DNA of 61,888 nucleotides from a virus. Taxonomy: Duplodnaviria > Caudoviricetes. The stretch covers positions 1-61,888 of the IMG/VR virus record IMGVR_UViG_3300045243_000060. One strand, written 5' to 3'. Both the position numbers and the translations under genes were made by a program. Each line of letters opens with the position of its first letter. Positions within the stretch are counted from its first letter, which is position 1. This document shows, piece after piece, positions 18,868-26,882 of this stretch. Under the pieces are notes generated by a model. The model was not told where the DNA came from and made no database searches. It saw nothing but the letters and a program-made list of their open reading frames with translations.

Positions 18868-19383
18868 ATGAGCGGCGCAGCGGTACCGGAGGGCGTTCAC
18901 GCGGTGTTCACCGTCGATCCCGGAGGCACCACCGGCGTATTCGCTGGATGGGTGGAGTTGAAGTCCACGCGACGCGAGACGCTGACGGACGGGCTACTGA
19001 AGTCCAAGTCCACGGAGGTAACGGGCGACTACATCAAGCAAGCACGGACGCTGCTTGCCCTCTTGTACAGGTTCAACTTCGCGTGCAACGAGGCGAATCT
19101 CCCGCTGCAACGCCGGCACGTCGTCGTCGAGGACTTCCAAGCTCGGCCGGATCAGTTCACCCATCACCTGACGTCGTGTTGGGTCGGCGGAGCGTTCGCT
19201 ATGGCCTATGAGATGAGCGGGCTTGGCAAGGCAGCTGACATCACCTGGCAACAGCCGAGTGACGCCAAGCGGCTGGCGACGAACGAGCGGTTGCGGTCAT
19301 GGGGGCTGTGGCAAGTCGGCTCGGACCACAAGCGCGACGCTGCCCGTCACTTTGTACTGAAGGTGGACAAGCTGGTCGGCTAG
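18868..19383 (+). CDS. RuvC-like Holliday junction resolvase
   Basis: TVDPGGTTG, VVVEDF, QQPSDAK, HKRDAARH. Confidence 0.7.
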   Translation: MSGAAVPEGVHAVFTVDPGGTTGVFAGWVELKSTRRETLTDGLLKSKSTEVTGDYIKQARTLLALLYRFNFACNEANLPLQRRHVVVEDFQARPDQFTHHLTSCWVGGAFAMAYEMSGLGKAADITWQQPSDAKRLATNERLRSWGLWQVGSDHKRDAARHFVLKVDKLVG

Positions 19384-19391
19384 CGCAACAA

Positions 19392-19420
19392 CATCCGTCC
19401 GCTGGATGCGCTAGGGTTCC
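19392..19420 (+). promoter_or_regulatory. Conserved phage promoter-like element
   Basis: catccgtccgctggatgcgctagggttcc, close match to the 587 element. Confidence 0.55.
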
Positions 19421-19454
19421 CGCTACTCCACCCACCAACACGGAGGACGCTAAG

Positions 19455-20222
19455 ATGAGTCGGACCGATCTACACGAGCTTGACAAGGTCGCTGAGGCGA
19501 TCAAGAACGAGCTTGGCGAGTACCACGTCACGTACGACAAGCCCCAGTCCACCTGGGACCACGAGACGACCCGGACGCTCACGCACATGGTCGGCTCAAG
19601 CCCAAGGTCGCTCGACATCCGCGTGGACCGCTACAGCTACCGCGAGGGCTTCACGTGGACGCTGACGGGCGACGACCCGGACGGGTCCAACCCCGCTCAC
19701 TTCCGGTACGACGCCGACCTTTACAACGCGGCGGCTGCGCTGGCGGACGCCTTCAACAAGCACATGGCAGCGACCCGCGCGGAGCGCGAGCGCAAGGAGG
19801 CGGAAGCACGCGAGCGGTACGCCGAGGAAGAGCGCAAGCGGCGCGAGGCAGCGGCGGCAGCGCGCGAGGCTCGCGCCAAGGTCGTGGCGGAGCGCGAGGA
19901 ACGCCTGTTGACCGAGTTCATGGGCGAGAACGTCCGCGTCCGCGTCGGCGGCTACCGGAGCGCGGTCAAGGCGACCGTAGACGCTCGGCCCGTCCAGGAG
20001 TACAAGGCTGGCGAGGGCTACGTGGACACCGGCAAGTTCAAGGTCGTCATCGAGTACGTGAACGAGAACGACTGGAACCGGCCCAACCGCGTCGGCGACA
20101 TCGAACGACTTGAGGTCAAGGTCGGCTCGCGCTATGAGCTGGTCTGGGACGACAACCCTGACGCAATCGGGTCCGGAGCGCGCGACGTGAAGGCGTATGA
20201 CGGCGCGCTGGACAACGACTAG
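19455..20222 (+). CDS. Hypothetical protein with central coiled coil
   Basis: RBS ggagg, promoter element upstream, strong GC3. Confidence 0.65.
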   Translation: MSRTDLHELDKVAEAIKNELGEYHVTYDKPQSTWDHETTRTLTHMVGSSPRSLDIRVDRYSYREGFTWTLTGDDPDGSNPAHFRYDADLYNAAAALADAFNKHMAATRAERERKEAEARERYAEEERKRREAAAAAREARAKVVAEREERLLTEFMGENVRVRVGGYRSAVKATVDARPVQEYKAGEGYVDTGKFKVVIEYVNENDWNRPNRVGDIERLEVKVGSRYELVWDDNPDAIGSGARDVKAYDGALDND

Positions 20223-20243
20223 ACGACAACCGGAGGTACTACC

Positions 20244-20780
20244 ATGAAGAAGCGAACGTATCACTACAGCGGACAGCGGTTCGGGCGGATGAGCTACCTT
20301 GTCAGCCCCGGCCACTTCAGTCGCTCGGAGCGGCAGCGGACCTGCATCGGCATCATCGACGGCGGCCGCAATCACTACGTCGCGAGGGCAATGGGCAGCG
20401 ATGGCTCATTCACGTGGTGCCGGAGGCTCGGACCCTTCGCGACGCGCGACAAGGCAGCCGACGCCATCGTTGACTACCTCAGCGGCTACAAGTACGGGCG
20501 CGAGCTTCTCGAGCGCATCGGCTGGATGCCGACGCGTGACATGAAGCGGCGCTGGTCGCTGCCGCCGGGTTGGCCCCATGTCCACCAGGCTGCGCTCAGC
20601 CGCCTGCTCCACCGGCGTGAGCCGACGAGCTATGAGGTACTGGCGGAGGCGGAGGACTGGTGGGAGGTCCGGCTGGACTTCGCGTTTGACGGCGCGCTGG
20701 CGAACGCTGGCGGGACGTCGGAGATCTGGCTGTGGCGGTTCGGCGCCGGCACGCAGATGCTGAGTCTGGACGCGGGCTGA
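20244..20780 (+). CDS. Hypothetical protein
   Basis: RBS ggaggt in leader acaaccggaggtac, also found at 21177. Confidence 0.55.
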   Translation: MKKRTYHYSGQRFGRMSYLVSPGHFSRSERQRTCIGIIDGGRNHYVARAMGSDGSFTWCRRLGPFATRDKAADAIVDYLSGYKYGRELLERIGWMPTRDMKRRWSLPPGWPHVHQAALSRLLHRREPTSYEVLAEAEDWWEVRLDFAFDGALANAGGTSEIWLWRFGAGTQMLSLDAG

Positions 20781-21172
20781 TGGACAAGCACATGCCAATG
20801 GAAGGTCCCACTGTGCTGCCGGACAGCGAGGCGCAGTGGGACGCGTACCGGGAGATCGGCGGTCGCGTTCGCGGCGTCGAGTTCAAGACAACACGACACA
20901 AGGAGGACCCGATGTACCCGTTCGTGTACTACCGATACAGCGGCAGCGACCGATGGACGCCGTTCAACTACCTGTCGGCCGGTTACGACGCGCCATGGGA
21001 GGGCAACTGGCACGGTTGGGTCGCCGACCTAGCGCGCCGAGGCAGCCTGAGCGCAGCCGGTCGGACGTTCCACATGTTCATCGGCACCAACAAGATGGCA
21101 TATGAGTACATGGCCACCGTTGAGCCAGCGCAGCCGGTGGAGCCAATCGTCCATGTGGAGCGGGTACTGTGA
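20780..21172 (+). CDS. Hypothetical protein
   Basis: TGATG coupling; alternative start 20912 with RBS aaggagg. Confidence 0.5.
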   Translation: MDKHMPMEGPTVLPDSEAQWDAYREIGGRVRGVEFKTTRHKEDPMYPFVYYRYSGSDRWTPFNYLSAGYDAPWEGNWHGWVADLARRGSLSAAGRTFHMFIGTNKMAYEYMATVEPAQPVEPIVHVERVL

Positions 21173-21192
21173 GCAACAACCGGAGGTACATC

Positions 21193-21351
21193 ATGAGGAA
21201 GCTCAACATCATCGCGGTCATCGTCGGGCTGGCGCTGCCATCGGCAGCGTCGGCGGCGACTCCGCCGCAGCCCAGTCCACCACGGCCGCACGCCGTCCGG
21301 GTACCAAGCGTCCCGAACACGTGTCCGTGCTACTACCCGCCACGGCCATGA
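21193..21351 (+). CDS. Small secreted Pro-rich peptide
   Basis: MRKLNIIAVIVGLALPSAASA signal-peptide-like; RBS ggaggt. Confidence 0.5.
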   Translation: MRKLNIIAVIVGLALPSAASAATPPQPSPPRPHAVRVPSVPNTCPCYYPPRP

Positions 21352-21584
21352 AGCGGTTCATTGTCGAGATCGACACGCGCGACCCGGCAGCCGGTCGGAT
21401 CACGCCGGGGCTGATCGGCGATGCCGTCCGCGAAGTCCTTGACGCTGAGGACGTCGCGTACGGCCGGGTGGCCGTCGATACAGCGGACGACCGGGTCAAG
21501 CCCATCAGCGACGACATCGCTAAGGCGGTCGCTGGCGACGAGCGCGACCTTGGCCCCGACCTGGGAGGGTCGCCGAATCGGTAG
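21348..21584 (+). CDS. Hypothetical protein
   Basis: ATGA coupling; MKRFIVEIDT... Confidence 0.5.
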   Translation: MKRFIVEIDTRDPAAGRITPGLIGDAVREVLDAEDVAYGRVAVDTADDRVKPISDDIAKAVAGDERDLGPDLGGSPNR

Positions 21585-21739
21585 CCTTCTCACAGCGCAG
21601 CCTACACGCGCAGCCGCGTCCTACTGGTGGGTTGGAGCGGCAAGGCGGCCCGGTAGCGGGGTATCTGATCCGACTCCCCCGCTCCGGGCCGTCGCTTTGG
21701 CTGTGACCTGGCCAAGCCGGTCTAGGCGCACGGTTTCAA

Positions 21740-21758
21740 GCGTTCTAAGCGTGTCTAA
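21740..21758 (+). promoter_or_regulatory. TCTAA-GCGYG-TCTAA operator-like motif (copy 2)
   Basis: gcgttctaagcgtgtctaa abutting RBS ggaggg; 18/19 identical to 58951. Confidence 0.45.
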
Positions 21759-21767
21759 GGGGAGGGC

Positions 21768-22151
21768 GTGGTCGTGATCATCCTGGAGATGGACTATGAG
21801 CGCGACGCTGCGCGCGGACCGATGGTGCGCCTGTTGACGGTAGACGGCGCCGAGTGGGTCTACCTCAGCGACGTTGAGCGCGAGTGCGACCCGGAGTTGG
21901 CCCGGAGCCATTACAAGGTCGTCGGCGAAGTCCAGGAGGCGCTCAGCGACAACGTGGTGTTGGTCCGCGACGTTCGGACCGGCGGCGAGTACCGGCTATG
22001 GACGGAACGCGAGCATCAGTTGCTCCACACGGACCGTCCGGCGCAGACGTGGCCGGACCTTGCCCCCGGCGACATCGTCGAGTTCAACACCAACGCTGGC
22101 GAGCAAGCGGAGTACCGGGGCGAGCAAGGTTCCGGCGCCGCCGGACAGTAG
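21768..22151 (+). CDS. Hypothetical protein
   Basis: RBS ggaggg; high GC3. Confidence 0.55.
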   Translation: MVVIILEMDYERDAARGPMVRLLTVDGAEWVYLSDVERECDPELARSHYKVVGEVQEALSDNVVLVRDVRTGGEYRLWTEREHQLLHTDRPAQTWPDLAPGDIVEFNTNAGEQAEYRGEQGSGAAGQ

Positions 22152-22262
22152 CGCGGGCTGTGACCAACTCAACCGTCTGACGAGCGCGCTATAGTTCCTG
22201 ACGAGTTGAACGACCAACCCACTACCCGGAGCCGAACGGCCCGGACTGGAGGAATCAATAAG

Positions 22263-22757
22263 ATGGCAAAGCGGAAGGGCATGAAGGGTCAGAACGACCC
22301 GCCCAACGACAAGGTCAGGCGCGAGGACACGCGCTCCACCGACACCTGTCAACGCTGCGGCGCGAAGCACGCGCTCAAGGACCAGTACGTCGTCCAGCTG
22401 CGTGGCGAGGGTCACGGCAGCCCCGGCAAGGCGCGGGTCGAGAAGTCCAAGGGCGCGAAGCCCGGCAAGTCGCACTACTGCGGCGACTGCGGCGACACCC
22501 GGAAGGGCGAGCTACAGCGGCAGCTGGACGCCGAGGTCAAGGGCACGCGCGGCAAGGGCAAGGCGAAGCCCAAGCCCAAGGCCAAGGCGAAGTCGGCGAA
22601 GGGCGCCGGCAAGTCCAAGGCCAAGCCCAAGGCGAAGTCGCCCAAGGCCAAGGCCAAGCCTCGCGCCAAGGCGACCAAGCGGACCGCTGGCGTCAAGCGG
22701 ACCGGCGGAGCCAAGGCAGCCCGCAAGGAGACCACCGCGTCGGCGGACCCGTTCTAG
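22263..22757 (+). CDS. Zinc-binding, histone H1-like Lys/Ala/Pro-rich DNA-binding protein
   Basis: CQRC...YCGDC followed by KAKPKPKAKAKS-type repeats; own promoter (ctatagttcc near 22189) and RBS ggagg. Confidence 0.7.
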   Translation: MAKRKGMKGQNDPPNDKVRREDTRSTDTCQRCGAKHALKDQYVVQLRGEGHGSPGKARVEKSKGAKPGKSHYCGDCGDTRKGELQRQLDAEVKGTRGKGKAKPKPKAKAKSAKGAGKSKAKPKAKSPKAKAKPRAKATKRTAGVKRTGGAKAARKETTASADPF

Positions 22758-22845
22758 GGTCGCCGCTCCGGTAGCGGGAGACTCACCGAGCAGAGGCGAT
22801 ATTCGCTCGACAACAAGTCGCCAGTCAGACGCGCAAGGCGCGCAG

Positions 22846-22876
22846 CGAGCACCCCGGAACGCCACCGGGGTGTTCG
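22846..22876 (+). terminator. Hairpin terminator candidate
   Basis: gagcaccccgg-aacgcca-ccggggtgttc. Confidence 0.45.
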
Positions 22877-22950
22877 TCGTTCTAGGGGCGCATCCGTCCG
22901 TCAAATGTAGTAGTATTGACAGCGTCAATCGGCTACTACGGAGGAACGGA

Positions 22951-23082
22951 ATGACCAACGCGGAGATCACCAGGAAGCTCGAGAAGGCAGCGGAGCGCGA
23001 GGCGAAGGTGCTCGCGTACCGGACGCGTACCGGCTCCACCATCGCAGCCGCGCGGGTCGCGATCCAGGCGGAGGGCGAGTGA
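22951..23082 (+). CDS. Hypothetical protein (43 aa)
   Basis: RBS ggagg after promoter-like gtagtattgac element. Confidence 0.5.
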   Translation: MTNAEITRKLEKAAEREAKVLAYRTRTGSTIAAARVAIQAEGE

Positions 23083-23083
23083 C

Positions 23084-23362
23084 ATGACGATCACCCCCGT
23101 CGAGAACGGCCGGAAGTTCAAGCTCACGCAGCGCGAAGTCAACTCGTTCGTCGGCGTCATCGACTTCCACAAGGGTCCGCGCGGCGGCCGGTTCCGGTCG
23201 ATTCGGACCGAGCTTTGCCGGACGCTGGACGAGGCGATTGAGGCGACCGAGAAGCTCGCGTCGCGCACGTGGGGTCGGCGCAGCGGCCAGGTCGTCGCCG
23301 TCCGCGACACCGACGTTTGCCAGGTCGATTCGCTCGGCCGGGAGGTCGTCGTCAGCGAGTAG
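23084..23362 (+). CDS. Hypothetical protein
   Basis: RBS ggaggg; high GC3. Confidence 0.55.
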   Translation: MTITPVENGRKFKLTQREVNSFVGVIDFHKGPRGGRFRSIRTELCRTLDEAIEATEKLASRTWGRRSGQVVAVRDTDVCQVDSLGREVVVSE

Positions 23363-23375
23363 CCCAGACTTGACG

Positions 23376-23457
23376 GGTGTTCGTCCGAGATACGGAACGG
23401 CCCGACAGCGCCAAGCCCCGGTGTTCGTCCCGAGACACGGAACGGCCGGGGCTTTTC
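23376..23457 (+). terminator. Twin repeated hairpins, the second embedded in an intrinsic terminator
   Basis: ggtgttcgtcc(c)gaga(t/c)acggaacggcc twice; aagccccgg...ccggggcttttc. Confidence 0.6.
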
Positions 23458-23480
23458 GCTGCCCAAGGTACACTCCGCCC

Positions 23481-23726
23481 ATGGCGAGGGTACATACGCG
23501 GCAGCTAGTCAGCCGGTCCAAGGACATGGTGACGTACTACGTCGGCTCATTCGGCTGCTACCGGATAGACAGGGTCGTCAAGTTCAGGGTAGCGAACCGC
23601 CAGGCGTACAACGTCAAGGTCGCGCTCAACTGCCCCTGCGGAGCGATACACGCCGTCGAGAACCCGCAATGGCGTCCGCTGCGCGAGGGCGAGGAGGTGG
23701 ACGTAGTTGTCCACGAGGCGGACTGA
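23481..23726 (+). CDS. Hypothetical protein (CPCG...H motif)
   Basis: Ends immediately before the HNH start. Confidence 0.45.
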   Translation: MARVHTRQLVSRSKDMVTYYVGSFGCYRIDRVVKFRVANRQAYNVKVALNCPCGAIHAVENPQWRPLREGEEVDVVVHEAD

Positions 23727-24071
23727 ATGCCCAGGGCGAAGCAAGCCTGCTCCGACCCGCGCTGTCCTAACGTCAAGCCCTGTCCAGACCACCCTGATGT
23801 ACCTGGCTGGACTCGCGATGGGCCTGGCCCGCGTCGGCGTCGTCGCCGCCTATCTGGTTGGGCCGAACAGAAGCGGTCCAAGCGGGTCATCGAGAGGGAC
23901 GAGGGCATCTGCTACCTCTGCGGGCTACCCGGAGCGGACGAGGCTGACCACGTTGACCCGAACGGGCCGGACGACGAGACGAACCTGAGAGCGGTACACG
24001 AGTCATGCCACAAGACAAAGACGCAACGCGAGGCAGCGACAGCGAGGCAGCGGACGAGGCAGAGCGGTTAG
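23727..24071 (+). CDS. HNH endonuclease (terminase-associated type)
   Basis: MPRAKQAC...RDEGICYLCG...ADHVD...NLRAVHESCHKTKT; upstream of terminase. Confidence 0.85.
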   Translation: MPRAKQACSDPRCPNVKPCPDHPDVPGWTRDGPGPRRRRRRLSGWAEQKRSKRVIERDEGICYLCGLPGADEADHVDPNGPDDETNLRAVHESCHKTKTQREAATARQRTRQSG

Positions 24072-24203
24072 TCCGGGTAGCGAGGGCTGACCAAGCAGCG
24101 GACTTCTATGTGCGCCTAGTCGAACGAGGGGTGTACCAAGACCACGCAAGGGATATCACCGTAACCTACCTGGAGCACGAGCTATCAAAGGAGGACGAGT
24201 CGA

Positions 24204-24395
24204 GTGAGTGACAATCAGACCATCCACGTCTACAAGGCGGCCGATGGATACCGTTGGCGCAAGGTGACGTCGAGCGACGTCACGGCGGACAGCGGCGAGG
24301 CGTACGACGAGAAGGCAGACGCTGTTGAGGCTGCCGAGTCGGAGGCGGAGGGGACGCCGTACACGGTAGTGATCGACCCGTCAGCGGTGGAGTAG
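24204..24395 (+). CDS. DUF1508/YegP-like small protein
   Basis: VYKAADGYRWR...ADSGEAYDEKADA. Confidence 0.55.
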   Translation: MSDNQTIHVYKAADGYRWRKVTSSDVTADSGEAYDEKADAVEAAESEAEGTPYTVVIDPSAVE

Positions 24396-24647
24396 CCTAT
24401 CAGGTCGCTAGCTAGCTCAGCGACCGAGGAGGTCTCAACAGCGGATGACCTGGACAACGCACAACGAGGGCGTTTGCCTGGCTGACACGAGTGACGTCAG
24501 CGCAGGGGACGCCAAGCTGGACGCCGCACACGGACGCGATCAGAGGCCAGGCAGCCTGGCTTACTCCGCGTCGGCGCTGTCAGCGTCCACGAACACCGGC
24601 ACGATCCATCACAAGGGCGTGCTCAGGTCCCAGCCAAGCAAGGTGTC

Positions 24648-25061
24648 GTGACCGAGGGTCCGATCACCGTAGGGCTTCGCTTTGAGCGTCGCGACGCCAC
24701 CCGGCTCGCGGCGCTCGGCGGAGTTCCTGGGGCCAACCCGGTACTGGCCAGGAGGGTGGCGGAGGACGCCGCTAAGGGAGAGCCTACCATCATCACGGCA
24801 GCGAACATCGATGAGGTGAAGCAGGTCGCGGCGTCGTTCGCTGTTGTCGGCGTGAACCCTCCCAGCATTGAGGTGCTGTCCGGCGGCGAGGCTGTGATGA
24901 AGCGGGAGGACCCGCTTGGGCAATCGGTTGTCGGCAAGCGAGGCGCGTTGTACCTGCCAGCGTCGGCGGAGGTAGCGGCGGAGGATGCACGTCGCGCTGA
25001 GGTTGAGCCTGCCGACGACGGCGCGCAGCGTTCGGAGTCCGACAAGGGGGAGGGGGAGTGA
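24648..25061 (+). CDS. Hypothetical protein
   Basis: 137-aa ORF with protein-like composition before terS. Confidence 0.5.
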   Translation: MTEGPITVGLRFERRDATRLAALGGVPGANPVLARRVAEDAAKGEPTIITAANIDEVKQVAASFAVVGVNPPSIEVLSGGEAVMKREDPLGQSVVGKRGALYLPASAEVAAEDARRAEVEPADDGAQRSESDKGEGE

Positions 25062-25227
25062 CCCCCGGAGGCGGAAATGCAGGGCCGGTGGGCCAGTCGC
25101 TTCGCCACGTGTACGGGTTGGACGCAACGCTGCTTGATAAGGTCAAGTACAACGTCGGGGTACGGGCGGTCAGGCGCCGGATTCTCACAGCCACGGCGTC
25201 GGGGCGGCGACCGCGAGGCGAGGGCTA

Positions 25228-25692
25228 GTGTCCGGTCCGGCGCCCAAGCCTGTCAACGAACGGAGGCGGACGAACGAGCCACGGCGCGGCGAGTGGGTGG
25301 ACTTGCCGGAGGAGGGTTCGTTCAAGCTCGTGCTGCCCGCGCTGACGGCGAAGATGCCGGACGGTTCGACGTGGCCTGCGGCGACCAAGCGAGCGTACAA
25401 GGCGTGGCGGGCGGACCCGGCGTCGAGTCAGCTGTCGGTCGCCGACATCGACTATGTCCTGGAGACGGCCGTCATCCACGCGTACTGGGTAGACGAGCCA
25501 TACAAGTATGAGAAGCACCTGACGGCCCGGTTGGACAAGCTCGGATTCACCCCCAAGGGCAAGCGCGACTTGCGCTACAGGCTGCCCGTCTACGCTCAGG
25601 CCCAGGAAGCGGGCGAGCGCAAGCGGACGCAGCGGAAGACAGCGACCGAACGGCGCGCGAGACTCAGCGTCGTTGAAGGAGGCGCGGAGTGA
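25228..25692 (+). CDS. terS: Terminase small subunit
   Basis: MSGPAPKP..RRRTN, W...T...W, LGFTPKGKRDLR typical of actinophage small terminases; position. Confidence 0.75.
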   Translation: MSGPAPKPVNERRRTNEPRRGEWVDLPEEGSFKLVLPALTAKMPDGSTWPAATKRAYKAWRADPASSQLSVADIDYVLETAVIHAYWVDEPYKYEKHLTARLDKLGFTPKGKRDLRYRLPVYAQAQEAGERKRTQRKTATERRARLSVVEGGAE

Positions 25693-26876
25693 TCACCATC
25701 GAGGCAGCCGACGCGAAGGGCGCGAGCGGCACGACGAGTCGGACCAAGAAGTTCTCGGTCAAGCTGAACAAGAACGGCGTGACGCTACTCAGCGTCGCCG
25801 CCTGGCCCTCCGCTGGCAAGTGGGCTGTGACGTGGCCAAAGGCGCTGGCGGCCGGCACCTACAACGTCGTGGCCGGTACCGGCTCCAAGGTGTTCACGGT
25901 CGCGGAGGCGCCGCCACCACCGAGCAAGCTGTTCCCCGACAGCCCATTCTGGGTTCCGGTCGGCGGCAGCCCCAAGATCGACCCTAACTCGGCGGCGTAC
26001 GTCGCCCATCTGCTCGGCCAGGGTCCGTGGGGCAACGGCGTCCGGGGTACCGAGTTGACCAAGGCGGACTGGACGCGACCCTACTATGAGGCGACCGCGA
26101 GCGACCCAACGCACGTCGTGGACGGCGGCATGGGCGGCTCGTGGACGGAGCCACCGCCGATTGAGGGCGCGACGATCCACGTACCCGCTGGCGCGCGACC
26201 TGCTGGTGGTCAGTACGCGTTGGCGAACGACGGCGGCGTGTTCATCCTCCAACCGGACCGCAAGCTGTTCTCGGCGTGGCGCTCGGTAGACCCGGTGGAC
26301 GGACGCGCGTACCAGTGGAACATGATCAACGGCAACGGCAGCGGCGTACCCGGCGGAGGCGAGGGCGGCATCGGCCAGGCGAAGCTCGGCCCGCGCATCG
26401 GCCAGGTGACGTACGACGACCTGGTGGTGTCGAAGGAGATACCGCACGCGCTCGTCTTTGAAGTGAATCAGTGGCACGGCCGCCGGTGGCCCGGTTGGCC
26501 GGGCGACGCGAAGGACCCGGACCGGGGCGGCTACACCAGCAACACGAACGCTCCGCCGATGGGCGCCCACTTCTGGCTGTCGATGTCGCCGACCGAGATC
26601 GACGCGCTGCCCGTCAAGGACTGGAAGAAGGTCATCCTCCGGGCGATGGCGGTCTATGGCATGTACACGTACGACAACGGCGGGGCTGCGCGCTCGCTGG
26701 ACTGGGAGTCGGCGATCCCCCAGATGGGCGGTGACCCGAACGGACCCAACAGGTGGGTCGAGTGGTGCCAGAGCATCGGCGCCCCAAGCCACTTCGACGG
26801 CAACGCCGGCAAGACCGTCTGGTCGCTGGACATCCAGAGCGACGTTCCCTGGGATCGGCTCAAGGTCGTCGTCTAG
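25689..26876 (+). CDS. Ig-like domain plus uncharacterised Gly/Pro/Trp-rich domain; paralogue of a domain in 50867..53557
   Basis: Shared blocks SPF, PAGA.PAGG, IPHA, WHGR.WP, NAPPMGA, YG.Y..DNGG. Confidence 0.7.
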   Translation: MITIEAADAKGASGTTSRTKKFSVKLNKNGVTLLSVAAWPSAGKWAVTWPKALAAGTYNVVAGTGSKVFTVAEAPPPPSKLFPDSPFWVPVGGSPKIDPNSAAYVAHLLGQGPWGNGVRGTELTKADWTRPYYEATASDPTHVVDGGMGGSWTEPPPIEGATIHVPAGARPAGGQYALANDGGVFILQPDRKLFSAWRSVDPVDGRAYQWNMINGNGSGVPGGGEGGIGQAKLGPRIGQVTYDDLVVSKEIPHALVFEVNQWHGRRWPGWPGDAKDPDRGGYTSNTNAPPMGAHFWLSMSPTEIDALPVKDWKKVILRAMAVYGMYTYDNGGAARSLDWESAIPQMGGDPNGPNRWVEWCQSIGAPSHFDGNAGKTVWSLDIQSDVPWDRLKVVV

Positions 26877-26882
26877 CGCGCC

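Noticed and set aside
24396-24651. Possible structured packaging RNA or tRNA before terS
   Set aside because: Some stems are visible but there is no tRNA cloverleaf, and an RBS-preceded ORF (24445..24651) explains the region equally well
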